A program made the position numbers and the translations under genes. From positions 5,568,001 to 5,632,000 of the forward strand of contig OZ244561.1 of assembly GCA_965217585.1 (NCBI GenBank): a DNA stretch of 64,000 nt. The letters run 5' to 3'. The stretch is from Candidatus Latescibacterota bacterium. GTDB lineage: Bacteria > Latescibacterota > UBA2968 > UBA8231. Below are positions 10,340-19,501 of this stretch, one piece after another. Below the pieces are notes generated by a model, which made no database searches, was not told where the DNA came from, and saw only the letters and a list, made by a program, of their open reading frames with translations. Position 1 is the first letter of the stretch, and every line of letters starts with the position of its first letter.

Positions 10340-10878
10340 GGCCGACCGAGATGCGCCAAGATGTGCGCGCAGGCAGCTTGAGCGTCGCGGCGCTCGGTAT
10401 CGACGACCAAGTCGTACACCGACAAGTCGCTGATGGAGATTTGGTGATGCGCTGCGTAGCGCTGGGCCTCGGACGCCTCGCGCTGGTGCGTTTCCGCAAG
10501 GGCTTGCGCCAGCGGTTTGCCCTCCCGCTGCCCCACGCGCTCGGCCCGCACGGCGAGCACCGCTTGGAGCCAGACTTTGAGGGCCGGGAGCTGGTGCCGC
10601 TGGGCCATCCACCCGGTGAGCCGCCCTTCGACGACGACCGGCGCACACGCCTGTGCTTGCGCGACCAAGCGCGCGTCGAGCTGGCGGTCGATGTGGCCAT
10701 CGGCTTCGGCCCGCTGGCCAAACTCGGCTAGGCTCAAGCCCGCCTCTTGGGCCAGCTTCCGAAAGACGGCCCCGGCGTTGACATAAGCCCAGCCCAGCCG
10801 CGCACATAGCCGGTCGCACACCGTCGTGGTGCCGCTGCCAGCCAAGCCGCTGATGGTGATGATTTGCACAGGTGACAT
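10336..10878 (-). CDS. cmk: cytidylate kinase, archaeal-type
   Basis: ITISGLAGSGTTT, FRKLA, IDRQLD, VVEGRLTGW, YDLVVDT match the archaeal-type CMP kinase pattern. Likely start ATG 10878. Confidence 0.85.
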   Translation of the reverse strand: MSPVQIITISGLAGSGTTTVCDRLCARLGWAYVNAGAVFRKLAQEAGLSLAEFGQRAEADGHIDRQLDARLVAQAQACAPVVVEGRLTGWMAQRHQLPALKVWLQAVLAVRAERVGQREGKPLAQALAETHQREASEAQRYAAHHQISISDLSVYDLVVDTERRDAQAACAHILAHLGRP

Positions 10879-10886
10879 GGATGCCT

Positions 10887-11855
10887 TCACGCCAAGTTTT
10901 GCACCTGCTCGCGCAGCCGCTCGACTTCCTCTTTGATCTCGACGACCCAATGGGCGATCTCGGCGTCGGCGGCCTTGGCGCTGATGGTGTTGGCTTCGCG
11001 GTTCATTTCCTGCAAGAGAAAGTTCAAGCGCTTCCCCACTTCGCCACCCCCCGTCAAGGTGTCGAAGAACTGGGCATTGTGGCTGCGGAAACGGACGATC
11101 TCCTCGACGATGTCGCTGCGCTCGGCGAGCAGGGCGATCTCCGTGGCGACGCGGTCTTCGGCAACCGCTCCGGGCGCAAGCAGGGCGGCGACCTTTTCCC
11201 GCAGCCGCTCGGCCACCTGCCCACGGGTCGCCTGCGCTCGCTCGGCCACGCGCTCCAGATGCGTCCCCACCACTTCGACGCGGCCGCGCAAGTCCGCGGT
11301 GAGGGCCTGTCCTTCGGCCACGCGCATGGCCACCAACTCGGCCAGCGCTTCGTCCAACCCCGCCCACAGTACCTCTTGTACGACCGCGCTATCCAGCTCT
11401 GTGGCTTGGACGCGAAAGAGCTTGGGCAGCTTCGCCAGCAGCACCCGCTCGATCCCCATGTCGAGCTGCTCTAGCCTCTTAACCCGAGCAAAAAACGCCT
11501 TCCGTCGTGGCAACGCTGCCCGGCTCTCCGCGGCTTCGATCTGGGCCAATTCAGCTAGCCGCCGCAGTTGGGCCAGATAGTGCTTGGCGGCTTCCTCGTC
11601 TAGCTGGGGCAGGGTCTCCGGCTGGCCCTCCTCGGCCCAAGCGATATGCGCGCTTATTTTGCCGCGGCCGACCTGCGCCTGAATCCGCTCGCGGATGGCC
11701 TGCTCAAAGGACTGGAGGTCGGCCGGGCAACGCACCTGTACATCGAAGTAGCGGCTATTGACCGATCTCAGTTCAACTGCGAGCCGCAAACCCTCCCGCT
11801 CGGCCGCGGAGTGGCCAAAGCCGGTCATGCTGTTAATGGGGACTCGCTCGTCCAT
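10887..11855 (-). CDS. yicC: YicC/YloC family endoribonuclease
   Basis: SMTGFG, ELRSVNSRYFD, DIVEEIVRFRSH, GKRLNFLLQEMNREANTISAK, REQVQN. Confidence 0.93.
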   Translation of the reverse strand: MDERVPINSMTGFGHSAAEREGLRLAVELRSVNSRYFDVQVRCPADLQSFEQAIRERIQAQVGRGKISAHIAWAEEGQPETLPQLDEEAAKHYLAQLRRLAELAQIEAAESRAALPRRKAFFARVKRLEQLDMGIERVLLAKLPKLFRVQATELDSAVVQEVLWAGLDEALAELVAMRVAEGQALTADLRGRVEVVGTHLERVAERAQATRGQVAERLREKVAALLAPGAVAEDRVATEIALLAERSDIVEEIVRFRSHNAQFFDTLTGGGEVGKRLNFLLQEMNREANTISAKAADAEIAHWVVEIKEEVERLREQVQNLA

Positions 11856-11934
11856 AATCGTTTCTCGTGGATTGAAGTTACAACTTAGGAAGGTCGCTAA
11901 GGAGCAAATCCCATGCAAGAGAGGGCTGGCAGCC

Positions 11935-13176
11935 TCAGCGGCCCGGATCCACGGCAATGCGGACGATGGACGAAAAGCCGCCGAGCTGCGCCAGGATTTG
12001 GCCTTCGGCCGTGAATTTCAACAGCGCGTCGCCGGTCGCAATCCAAGCCCGCTGCTGCACCGCGTCGAAGGACAGGGCGCTGCCCCTAGGCACGTCGGTC
12101 CAATGCTGCTCCAAGGCCCCGTCGGCCGAGAACACTGCCAGATCCCGTTCCCCCAGCACCCAGCAGTCGCCGCTCGCACCATCTACGGCCAAACCCACGG
12201 CCGTGGCAAAAGGCAGGTCCACGCCGAGGACTGTGCCCCTGCGGTTCAACCGCGTCAAGCTGTGGCCCGCATCGCCCAACAGCCACGCGGTCCTCTCTGC
12301 ACCCGCCACCAGTGCCTCGGGGGTGGCGAGCGAGCGGAATTCAGCGGCGCGGGTGCCGTCGGTTCGGTAGAACAGCACGCGGCCTTGGGCTTGGTCGGCG
12401 ATCCAGCAGCCCCCAGCCTGTGCGGCCAAGGCCACGGGTTGGGCAAAGGTAGCATCGACCGGGATGAGGGCGAGCGAATCGACCGCGGCCAAGGAAAACC
12501 AAAAGACCCGCTGCCGCCCCGCGTCGACCAGCCAGCCAATTCGCGCCCCAGCGTCAATGGCCAAGTCCCCGGGCGTCTCAACGTCCGCGGCCAGTGCCGC
12601 TAACGCGCCGTCTCCCGCAATCCGGTACAGCCCGGCAAACCCCCGGTCGCTGACCCAACACGAACCATCCGCCAAGTCGAGCGCGATCGTCGCTAAGTCG
12701 AAAAAGCGCCCCTGCGCGAAATGCGCGCTGCGCGCATCCGCGCTGATTTTCCACACCAGCCCGGAGTGGCGGTCGGCCACCCAAGCGATTTCCGGGCCGG
12801 GCGTAGCGGGCACGGGACGGCCGCTGGGGCGCTCGTCTTCCCCGGTGACGAGCAAGCTGAGCTGGTACTCGTAGTTTACCCCGTTTTGCACCTCGGTATC
12901 CGCGTACGCGGTCGCGTTCGGCCCCAGCACCGGGGTGATCGGCTCCCACTCGCCCTCGGGCTGACGGCGGTAGAGTCGATAGCCTTCGATGTCGAAAAAA
13001 TGGGCAAAGTCCCACCGCAACTCGACTTGGCCGTCGAGTGCCAAGGCCGTCAAAGCGCTGAACGACTCGCTCTGCGGGTCCTTGGCTTGCGGGTCGAGGG
13101 GATTGCGGCGCGGGCGATCGCTGCAAGCCAAGACCAGCGCGCCGATGCAGCACCCTATCCAGAGATAGCTTCTCAA
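11935..13176 (-). CDS. lipoprotein with FN3-like domain and NHL/YVTN-like beta-propeller
   Basis: Lipobox VLAC, then RRNPLDP, an FN3 pattern (VELRW..GYRLYR..YADTEV..YEY) and repeated CWV(S/A)D blades. Confidence 0.7.
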   Translation of the reverse strand: MRSYLWIGCCIGALVLACSDRPRRNPLDPQAKDPQSESFSALTALALDGQVELRWDFAHFFDIEGYRLYRRQPEGEWEPITPVLGPNATAYADTEVQNGVNYEYQLSLLVTGEDERPSGRPVPATPGPEIAWVADRHSGLVWKISADARSAHFAQGRFFDLATIALDLADGSCWVSDRGFAGLYRIAGDGALAALAADVETPGDLAIDAGARIGWLVDAGRQRVFWFSLAAVDSLALIPVDATFAQPVALAAQAGGCWIADQAQGRVLFYRTDGTRAAEFRSLATPEALVAGAERTAWLLGDAGHSLTRLNRRGTVLGVDLPFATAVGLAVDGASGDCWVLGERDLAVFSADGALEQHWTDVPRGSALSFDAVQQRAWIATGDALLKFTAEGQILAQLGGFSSIVRIAVDPGR

Positions 13177-13604
13177 GACCTAGACCCAAAAAAGAGCAGG
13201 TACGAGCTGAGCACCAAGCCGACTTCCATGCCGACAAACGCCCCGCCGGTCACGCGGTCAAAGCGCTTGGCCGCGGCCAATTCTCGCTGCTGGCGCTTGG
13301 TGCTGGCCGAGCGCAAATAGCGGTCGTACGCGGCGTCGGCCCGCTCCTTGCTCCAGTAGGCCACCGCACCGGCCCCCACGGCCAAGGCCGCGCTCAAGTA
13401 GAGCTTCTTGCGCGAGCGTTTCTCCTTACTCGGGGCCTCAGTGGCCGTCGGCGTTGTGCGCGCTAGGTGCGCTGGCCGCTCCGCCCATTGCACTGCTAGG
13501 GCCACTTCCAACTGGATCAGCCGCCGAGGCAACTCCAACGGCTCGGCCCACGTCGGCGTGCCACTCGCGGCCAGCAGCAAGCACCAAGCAATCGTCTTGT
13601 CCAT
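13173..13604 (-). CDS. hypothetical exported/membrane protein
   Basis: Signal peptide and two hydrophobic segments. Overlaps the next gene by 4 nt. Confidence 0.65.
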   Translation of the reverse strand: MDKTIAWCLLLAASGTPTWAEPLELPRRLIQLEVALAVQWAERPAHLARTTPTATEAPSKEKRSRKKLYLSAALAVGAGAVAYWSKERADAAYDRYLRSASTKRQQRELAAAKRFDRVTGGAFVGMEVGLVLSSYLLFFGSRS

Positions 13605-13618
13605 GCCGTTTTCCTCGC

Positions 13619-14680
13619 TCAGCGGCGTCCAAACACGTAGAGAATCCGCTTCTCAGTGGCGACGGCGACGACCTCCGTGCCCAAAGACACCGGAGCCAAG
13701 ACAGGGCCTTCCAACCGGTATTTCCACAACAGGTGCCCGCCTTGGAGATCCAAGGCGTAGAGATGGCCGTCGCTGGAGGCACCATACGCGGTGTGATCCG
13801 TGGCGACCGGGCTGCTCCGCACCACGCCTTCGGTGGCAAACGTCCACCGCACTGCTCCAGTGGCCGCGTCTAGCCCATAGAAGTGGCGGTCAGCGCAGCC
13901 AGCCACCAACACGCCAGCGGCCAGCGCCAGCTCCGCGGTCGGCAGCGTGCCCAAGGCTCGCTCCCACACCACCCGGCCGGAGTCGCGGCGCGCGGCTAGT
14001 ACCCGACCAGACGCCGTCGCCGCAAACACTCGCTCGCCAGCGAGTATGGGCCGCGAGCGCACAGCTTCCCCCAAGCTTGTACGCCAGCGCTCGCGGCCGC
14101 TTTCCGCGCTCAGGGCCACCAAGTCTCCGGCCGCGGTACCGGCAACCGCGAGGTCGCCGCTCAGCGCCAGCCCGGTCCGCGACAGCCCGCCCAATTCGGC
14201 GCGCCACAGCAAATGCCCGTCGGCCAGATGCAGCGCCTGTATCACGCCTTCATCATCAATCGCGATCAGGGTATCGCCGCGCACGACCGGCACCTGACAA
14301 AACGCCCCTTCATGCCGCCAACGCTCAGTCGCAGTCCGCCGGTCCAAGACCCGTAAGCTAGGCTTGCGGCCCAGCACCCCCAGCGCGTACAGCGCCCCGG
14401 CTAATTGCCCAGGGGCACACGCCATCTTGTCGTATCCATGCTTGCCCAACTGGGCACCGTTGCGCCGGTCCAACGCATAGAGGGTCGGCTCAGTGGTCAG
14501 TTGTAGGATCAGGTCACCGGCAAAGAGTGCGCTCCCCAGTGGCGAGCCGTCCATTTTGTGCGTCCACAAAAGTTGCAGCGGTGGCTCAACCCCCACCGCG
14601 CCATGCCTCGGCTCGCCGAAGTAGAGCACCTTTTCGCCACATGCCGCCAAAAGGCAGAATCCGAGCAGGGCGTAACGCAT
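13619..14680 (-). CDS. BamB-like PQQ beta-propeller lipoprotein
   Basis: Lipobox LAAC. Repeated YALD..G...W PQQ blades. Confidence 0.85.
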   Translation of the reverse strand: MRYALLGFCLLAACGEKVLYFGEPRHGAVGVEPPLQLLWTHKMDGSPLGSALFAGDLILQLTTEPTLYALDRRNGAQLGKHGYDKMACAPGQLAGALYALGVLGRKPSLRVLDRRTATERWRHEGAFCQVPVVRGDTLIAIDDEGVIQALHLADGHLLWRAELGGLSRTGLALSGDLAVAGTAAGDLVALSAESGRERWRTSLGEAVRSRPILAGERVFAATASGRVLAARRDSGRVVWERALGTLPTAELALAAGVLVAGCADRHFYGLDAATGAVRWTFATEGVVRSSPVATDHTAYGASSDGHLYALDLQGGHLLWKYRLEGPVLAPVSLGTEVVAVATEKRILYVFGRR

Positions 14681-17458
14681 TTAATAGTCCCAACCAAAGA
14701 AGAAATCCCAGCGCGTGTCGCCGTCTATGGACTTGAAGTCTGTGCGCCGCGCCGCATCCACGCGAAAGACGAAAACCCCGCCCAAGGCCAAGCGCACCCC
14801 CGCGCCCAACGCCGCGCGCCATTGGTCGAAATCGTCGTTCCACGCATTGCCCACGTCGAAAAAGAGCGCGCCCCGAAAGGCGCTAAACTCCATGGCTCCA
14901 AACGGAAAGTGGAGCAAGAACCGATCGACTAAGGGAAAGCGCAACTCTTGGTTGTACAGCACCATCTTGCTGCCCCACAGCGAGCGCCAGCGATAGCCCC
15001 GCAGCGTCCAACTGCCCCCCAAGGAGAAGAACTCGGGCACCGCGCCAGTGGAGCGTCGGCCCATCAGGCGCACGGCTACCGCGCTGCGCTGCGAGAGGCG
15101 AAAGTAGTGCCGGTAGTCGCCAAAGAGCGTGATATTGAACCGCCGCGAGGTCTTAAAGTCGATCGTCTGCGCCAGCCCAAAGCTGTAGCGTCGGCCTTCC
15201 AGCGGCCCGGTCGGAATCCACAGGCTGCTGTCGTGGGTATAGCTGAAGTAGTTGTTGGCCAGCCAGCCCGACAGCTTCCGCCCCTCGAATTGCCGGTCGA
15301 TATCGGCGTGGCGCAGCGAGAGCCGGGTGTCGATGCGGTCGTGCTGGGAAAAGGGATAGCTCAACCCAATGTGGGCACCCAAACGCTCTTCGCGCACAAA
15401 CCGGCCAAAGCGGCTCGAAAAGCGGTCGTTGAGCCGGAACGCGCCCCAATACACGTTGATCCGCTGGCCGAGGTGGAGGCGCGTAAAGGCCATGTTCAGG
15501 CCGTCGAAGAAGCCAGATCGGCTGTCGGCAAGGTGCGAAAGCACGAAGTGGTACTGGTCGTTGCCCAGCACGTCGCTCAGGGCCACTTGGATGCCGCCCG
15601 AGGTGCCAAATTCCGGGTCCTGCGAGATCTGGCCTTGGGCTATGTCGAGGCTCATCTTGCGCTCATAGGGCCGGATGGCGACCTCGCTCTGGCCGTGCAG
15701 GCCCGCTAGCGACCACGGCTCGGCCGGTGCTTCCTCCACGCGCTGGTAGCTGACCTGCGCGCTGTCGGCCCAATCCACGGCGAGCTCGTAGATTTGGAAA
15801 CCCCCACTCTCATATCCGGAAAAGAGCAGGCGCTGGCCGTCGGCCAAGAGCACCGGATCAAACGCACCCGTCAACACGTGGGTCAACCGCCGGGTCGCCG
15901 TGCGTTCGCCCGCTAGCTGCAAGGCATAGATGTTGTACGCGCCAGCACGGTCGGAGCTAAAGACGATGCGCTCGCCGTCCGGAGACCAGCGCGGCTGCCC
16001 GTCGTTGTGCTCGCCGTGGCTGAGGGCCGAAATCTGCTCAGTCGCCAAATCGTACAGGAACAGGTTGTAGCGGCCGCGCCTCCCACCGGTCCAGCGGTCG
16101 GAGCTAAAGACGATTCGCTCGCCGTCCGGAGACCAATCGGGCTCGCGGTCGTGATAGATGTCGCGGCGCAAGGCGCGGAGGCTATCGCCTGTCACATCGA
16201 CCAGATAAATGTCGGTCCAGCCTCCTTCGTCGCTGCCGGCAAAGGCCAGCCGCTGCCCGTCGGGCGCAAACGACGGCGACGCAATCGCGACGATCTCGGC
16301 AAACGACAGATCCGCCACCGCGCGCTTTTGTTCCACATCCCAGATGTACAGGTGATCGCGACCCCGGCTCTTGGCCGCAAACGCCAGCCACTTGCCGTCC
16401 GGGGAGGCGGCCAGCCGCGTCGAGAGCGGGTGCAGGGACTCAAAAACCGGTAGGCGCTCGCCTTCGACTATGACCTCCGGCGCACTATCATCATCGCGGC
16501 GCGCGCGGACGATCTGCGTATAGCCTTGACTGTTGCGGAAGTGGTAGAACGCGCTGCTATCTTCGGGGACGATTTCGGGCTTGATGTTAAAGCCGCGCTG
16601 CGTGCGGGCGGTGGCCAATTCGGACGGGGGATCGCGGTCGGCAATCGCCGGCAGGTGGCGCTTGTGCAGGTGGTATTGCCACGCCTGATCGAACTTGTCC
16701 AAGCTCTCGCCGGTGGTGATCGCAAAAATCTCGGCGAAGGTCTCGCCGCGCCACCAGTTGGCAAAGAGCTGTTCGAACACGTCGGCTCCGTGCCGCGCCG
16801 CCATAAAGTGGCAGATCGACTCGCCTTCCTTGTACATCTGATAGGTGCCGTAGATGCGGTACATCTCGGCGATGGACACCAGCCGCCGCGCAAAGAGCGC
16901 GTCGCGCACCACCATGTCGCCAAAGCTGTTGCGCTCGCTCGACCAGTACTCGGCCAGCCCTTCGGAAAACCACAGGGGGGCCGGGCGGAAATCCAACACC
17001 CCGTGCTGCGACAATACCCGCGCAATCCGGTCAAACGTGAAGACGTGGACTAACTCGTGGTGCAGCACCCGCTCGAATTCGGGCAGGGAGCCGCTCAGCG
17101 GCAGCGCGACCCGCCCCTTGAGGTATTCGGTGAAACCCGCTACCCCCTCGGGCAGGAGATTGGGGATGATATTGGTCTGTTCAAAGTAGATGTGCGAGGA
17201 ATAGACCACCAGCGGCACCCGCCGTTGCACCGTGTGGGCGAACTTCTTTTCCAAGTCGACAAACTGGCGCTCGGCCATCTGCGCGGCATACGCGGCCAGC
17301 TCGGCCTCTTCGGCAAAGAAGTACACGTCAAAGTGCGCGGTCTCCATTTTCCGCCACGCGAACTCCGCGTACTGCACCTTGTTGCGGCCAAAGCCCTGGC
17401 CGACGGCGGCCGAGGCCACCAGCACCCAAGCGAGCGCGACCCAGGCCAAGCCGCGCAT
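14681..17458 (-). CDS. Omp85/BamA-family outer membrane protein with N-terminal zincin peptidase-like domain and TolB/PD40 repeats
   Basis: FGRNKVQY, HHELVH...WFSEGLAEY, several WSPDG..IVFSSDR repeats, LGGSWTLRGY, C-terminal FFFGWDY. Start 17458 or 17476. Confidence 0.85.
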   Translation of the reverse strand: MRGLAWVALAWVLVASAAVGQGFGRNKVQYAEFAWRKMETAHFDVYFFAEEAELAAYAAQMAERQFVDLEKKFAHTVQRRVPLVVYSSHIYFEQTNIIPNLLPEGVAGFTEYLKGRVALPLSGSLPEFERVLHHELVHVFTFDRIARVLSQHGVLDFRPAPLWFSEGLAEYWSSERNSFGDMVVRDALFARRLVSIAEMYRIYGTYQMYKEGESICHFMAARHGADVFEQLFANWWRGETFAEIFAITTGESLDKFDQAWQYHLHKRHLPAIADRDPPSELATARTQRGFNIKPEIVPEDSSAFYHFRNSQGYTQIVRARRDDDSAPEVIVEGERLPVFESLHPLSTRLAASPDGKWLAFAAKSRGRDHLYIWDVEQKRAVADLSFAEIVAIASPSFAPDGQRLAFAGSDEGGWTDIYLVDVTGDSLRALRRDIYHDREPDWSPDGERIVFSSDRWTGGRRGRYNLFLYDLATEQISALSHGEHNDGQPRWSPDGERIVFSSDRAGAYNIYALQLAGERTATRRLTHVLTGAFDPVLLADGQRLLFSGYESGGFQIYELAVDWADSAQVSYQRVEEAPAEPWSLAGLHGQSEVAIRPYERKMSLDIAQGQISQDPEFGTSGGIQVALSDVLGNDQYHFVLSHLADSRSGFFDGLNMAFTRLHLGQRINVYWGAFRLNDRFSSRFGRFVREERLGAHIGLSYPFSQHDRIDTRLSLRHADIDRQFEGRKLSGWLANNYFSYTHDSSLWIPTGPLEGRRYSFGLAQTIDFKTSRRFNITLFGDYRHYFRLSQRSAVAVRLMGRRSTGAVPEFFSLGGSWTLRGYRWRSLWGSKMVLYNQELRFPLVDRFLLHFPFGAMEFSAFRGALFFDVGNAWNDDFDQWRAALGAGVRLALGGVFVFRVDAARRTDFKSIDGDTRWDFFFGWDY

Positions 17459-17483
17459 GGCGATCCTCTCTACCACGCCCCGC

Positions 17484-18353
17484 TCAGCGCAAGTCGCGCA
17501 TAAACGACGGGCTGAGCACGCCGCGCGCCACTTCGGAGACCGGCCCCTTCATCGTCAGATCGTAGCTTGCGCTCACGTCGATGTGCAAGGTTCCGCCCGG
17601 GGCCTTAACCGCAACCGGACTTTTGACCAAGCCCAGCCGCACCGCCGCACTCGCGGCTGCACACGCGGACGATCCCGACGCCTGCGTTTCACCGGCACCG
17701 CGCTCCCATATCAGGATGTAGAGCGCATGGGGCCCTACGGGCACGGCGAGCTGTACGTTGGTGCGCCGAGGGAAGAGCGGATGATTTTCCAACTCCGGCC
17801 CCAAAGAGCGCAGCTCGTCCTCGGTCCACCGAGCACCCTGTTCGCGGAAGAGGACGCAGTGGGGATTGCCGACGCTGACGCCGGTAAAGGTCAAGATCTG
17901 CCCGCCGACATCGATCGGCTGCGCGACCAGCTCTTCGGCTTCCAGCGTGCAGGGCAAGGCTTGCGGCGCAAACGTGGCCCGCCCCATCTGCACCGTGGCG
18001 GTGCTGGCGTCACCATGCTGGTCAATGTGCAATTCGACGCTTACTAGGCCGCCCTCCGTTTCGACGGTGAACTGCTGCTTTTGCACCTGGCCGGTGGTGT
18101 GCAGATAGCGGGCGAATATCCGCAGGCCATTGCCCGACTTTTCCGCCTCGCTGCCGTCGGGATTGTAGATCCGCAGGCCAAAGTCGGCCTTTTGCGACGG
18201 TGCCAGCGCGAGAATGCCGTCGCTGCCCACGCCCCAATGGCGGTCGCAGAGCGCGCGGATATTGTCTGGTGTCAGCTCGAAGCTGAGCGCGGCCGGATCG
18301 ACGGCAATGTAGTCATTGCCGAGGCCGTGCCCCTTGAAAAATGCGTTGTCCAT
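17484..18353 (-). CDS. dapF: diaminopimelate epimerase family protein (Ser/Ser active-site variant)
   Basis: KGHGLGNDY, GSDG, YNPDGSEAEKSGNG, GNPH, ERGAGETQASGSS. Confidence 0.85.
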   Translation of the reverse strand: MDNAFFKGHGLGNDYIAVDPAALSFELTPDNIRALCDRHWGVGSDGILALAPSQKADFGLRIYNPDGSEAEKSGNGLRIFARYLHTTGQVQKQQFTVETEGGLVSVELHIDQHGDASTATVQMGRATFAPQALPCTLEAEELVAQPIDVGGQILTFTGVSVGNPHCVLFREQGARWTEDELRSLGPELENHPLFPRRTNVQLAVPVGPHALYILIWERGAGETQASGSSACAAASAAVRLGLVKSPVAVKAPGGTLHIDVSASYDLTMKGPVSEVARGVLSPSFMRDLR

Positions 18354-18450
18354 ACGTGCCCTTTCTCGTTTGTCTTCCAGAACTTAGGCCCCTGTTCAGG
18401 CAGGGTCAAACCGAGTTGCCGAAGGGCGGCTAGCCGGTATATTAGCCATC

Positions 18451-19254
18451 ATGTTGTGCTTAGTCGTCGCCCTCGCAGCCGAGGCGCGGCCGCTGTTGGC
18501 TCCCCACCGCCTCCAAGGCGTGAGCGGCCATCCCTATCGCATCTGCGCGGGCGAGCAGACGCACCTGATCGTCTCTGGCGTCGGTAAAGTAGCCGCAGCA
18601 GCAGCCACCGCGTACCTGCGCGCGCTAATCGGAGATGCGCCAGCGGCTTGGCTCAATATCGGCATCGCCGGTCACGGCAGCCAAGCGGTGGGCACGGCCC
18701 TGCTGGCCCACAAGGTCGTGGATGAGGCTAGCGGCAAGCCCTTTTACCCTACCTTCACCGCACCTCCCCCCTGCCGCACCACTCTGCTGCACACTATAGA
18801 TCGCGTGCAGCCGGCTACCGGCGACGCCGCGTACGACATGGAAGCCAGCGGCTTTTGCGAGACCGCACAGCGCTTTGCCACCAGCGAGCGAATCCACTGC
18901 CTCAAGGTCGTCTCCGACAACCCGCAATCCCCCTATCAGACACTCAATGCGGAAAAAGTGGAGGCGCTAATAGAAGCTCAGCTCGATATGGTCGCCCAAG
19001 TTGGCGAACACCTGCGAGCACTCAGTCAGCAGATACAGGCACTGCACGCCGACCCACCCGGCTTTGCCGAGCTAATCGCCCGCTGGCAGTTTACCGCCAC
19101 GCAACAGCATCAGTTGCGCGGCTTGCTCGCGCGCTGGCAGACCCTTACCGGGGAACCGTTCAGCACCGCCGACGTCCTCGCTTTGTCGAGCCGCGACGCG
19201 GTGCTATATTGCCTTCGAGAGCAATTAAACGCCGTAGAGTTGGTCTTGACCTAA
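18451..19254 (+). CDS. nucleoside phosphorylase / MTA-SAH nucleosidase fold protein
   Basis: SGVGKVAAA, NIGIAG, YDMEASG, KVVSDN. Confidence 0.75.
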   Translation: MLCLVVALAAEARPLLAPHRLQGVSGHPYRICAGEQTHLIVSGVGKVAAAAATAYLRALIGDAPAAWLNIGIAGHGSQAVGTALLAHKVVDEASGKPFYPTFTAPPPCRTTLLHTIDRVQPATGDAAYDMEASGFCETAQRFATSERIHCLKVVSDNPQSPYQTLNAEKVEALIEAQLDMVAQVGEHLRALSQQIQALHADPPGFAELIARWQFTATQQHQLRGLLARWQTLTGEPFSTADVLALSSRDAVLYCLREQLNAVELVLT

Positions 19255-19501
19255 CAAGATTCGACGAGGGAAACCACAATGAAGCTGACCATCAACAACT
19301 TTGGCCCACTGGACGATGCGACGATCCACATCGGCGATTTTACCGTCCTCGCTGGCCCCAACAACACCGGCAAGAGTTTCGTGTCGAAATTTCTGTATTC
19401 GCTATTTGATGCCATGAACGCGAACCATGCACTAATGGCTTTTGAAGTCCTAGCACAACCATTAGAAATGTTGTTGCAACTTCTTGAAAAAATTGGACCT
19501 A

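Noticed and set aside
16000-16140. Nucleotide repeat in the BamA-like gene (cggtcggagctaaagacgat..cgctcgccgtccggagacca, also near 15948-15990)
   Set aside because: Explained by PD40 protein repeats (WSPDGERIVFSSDR).
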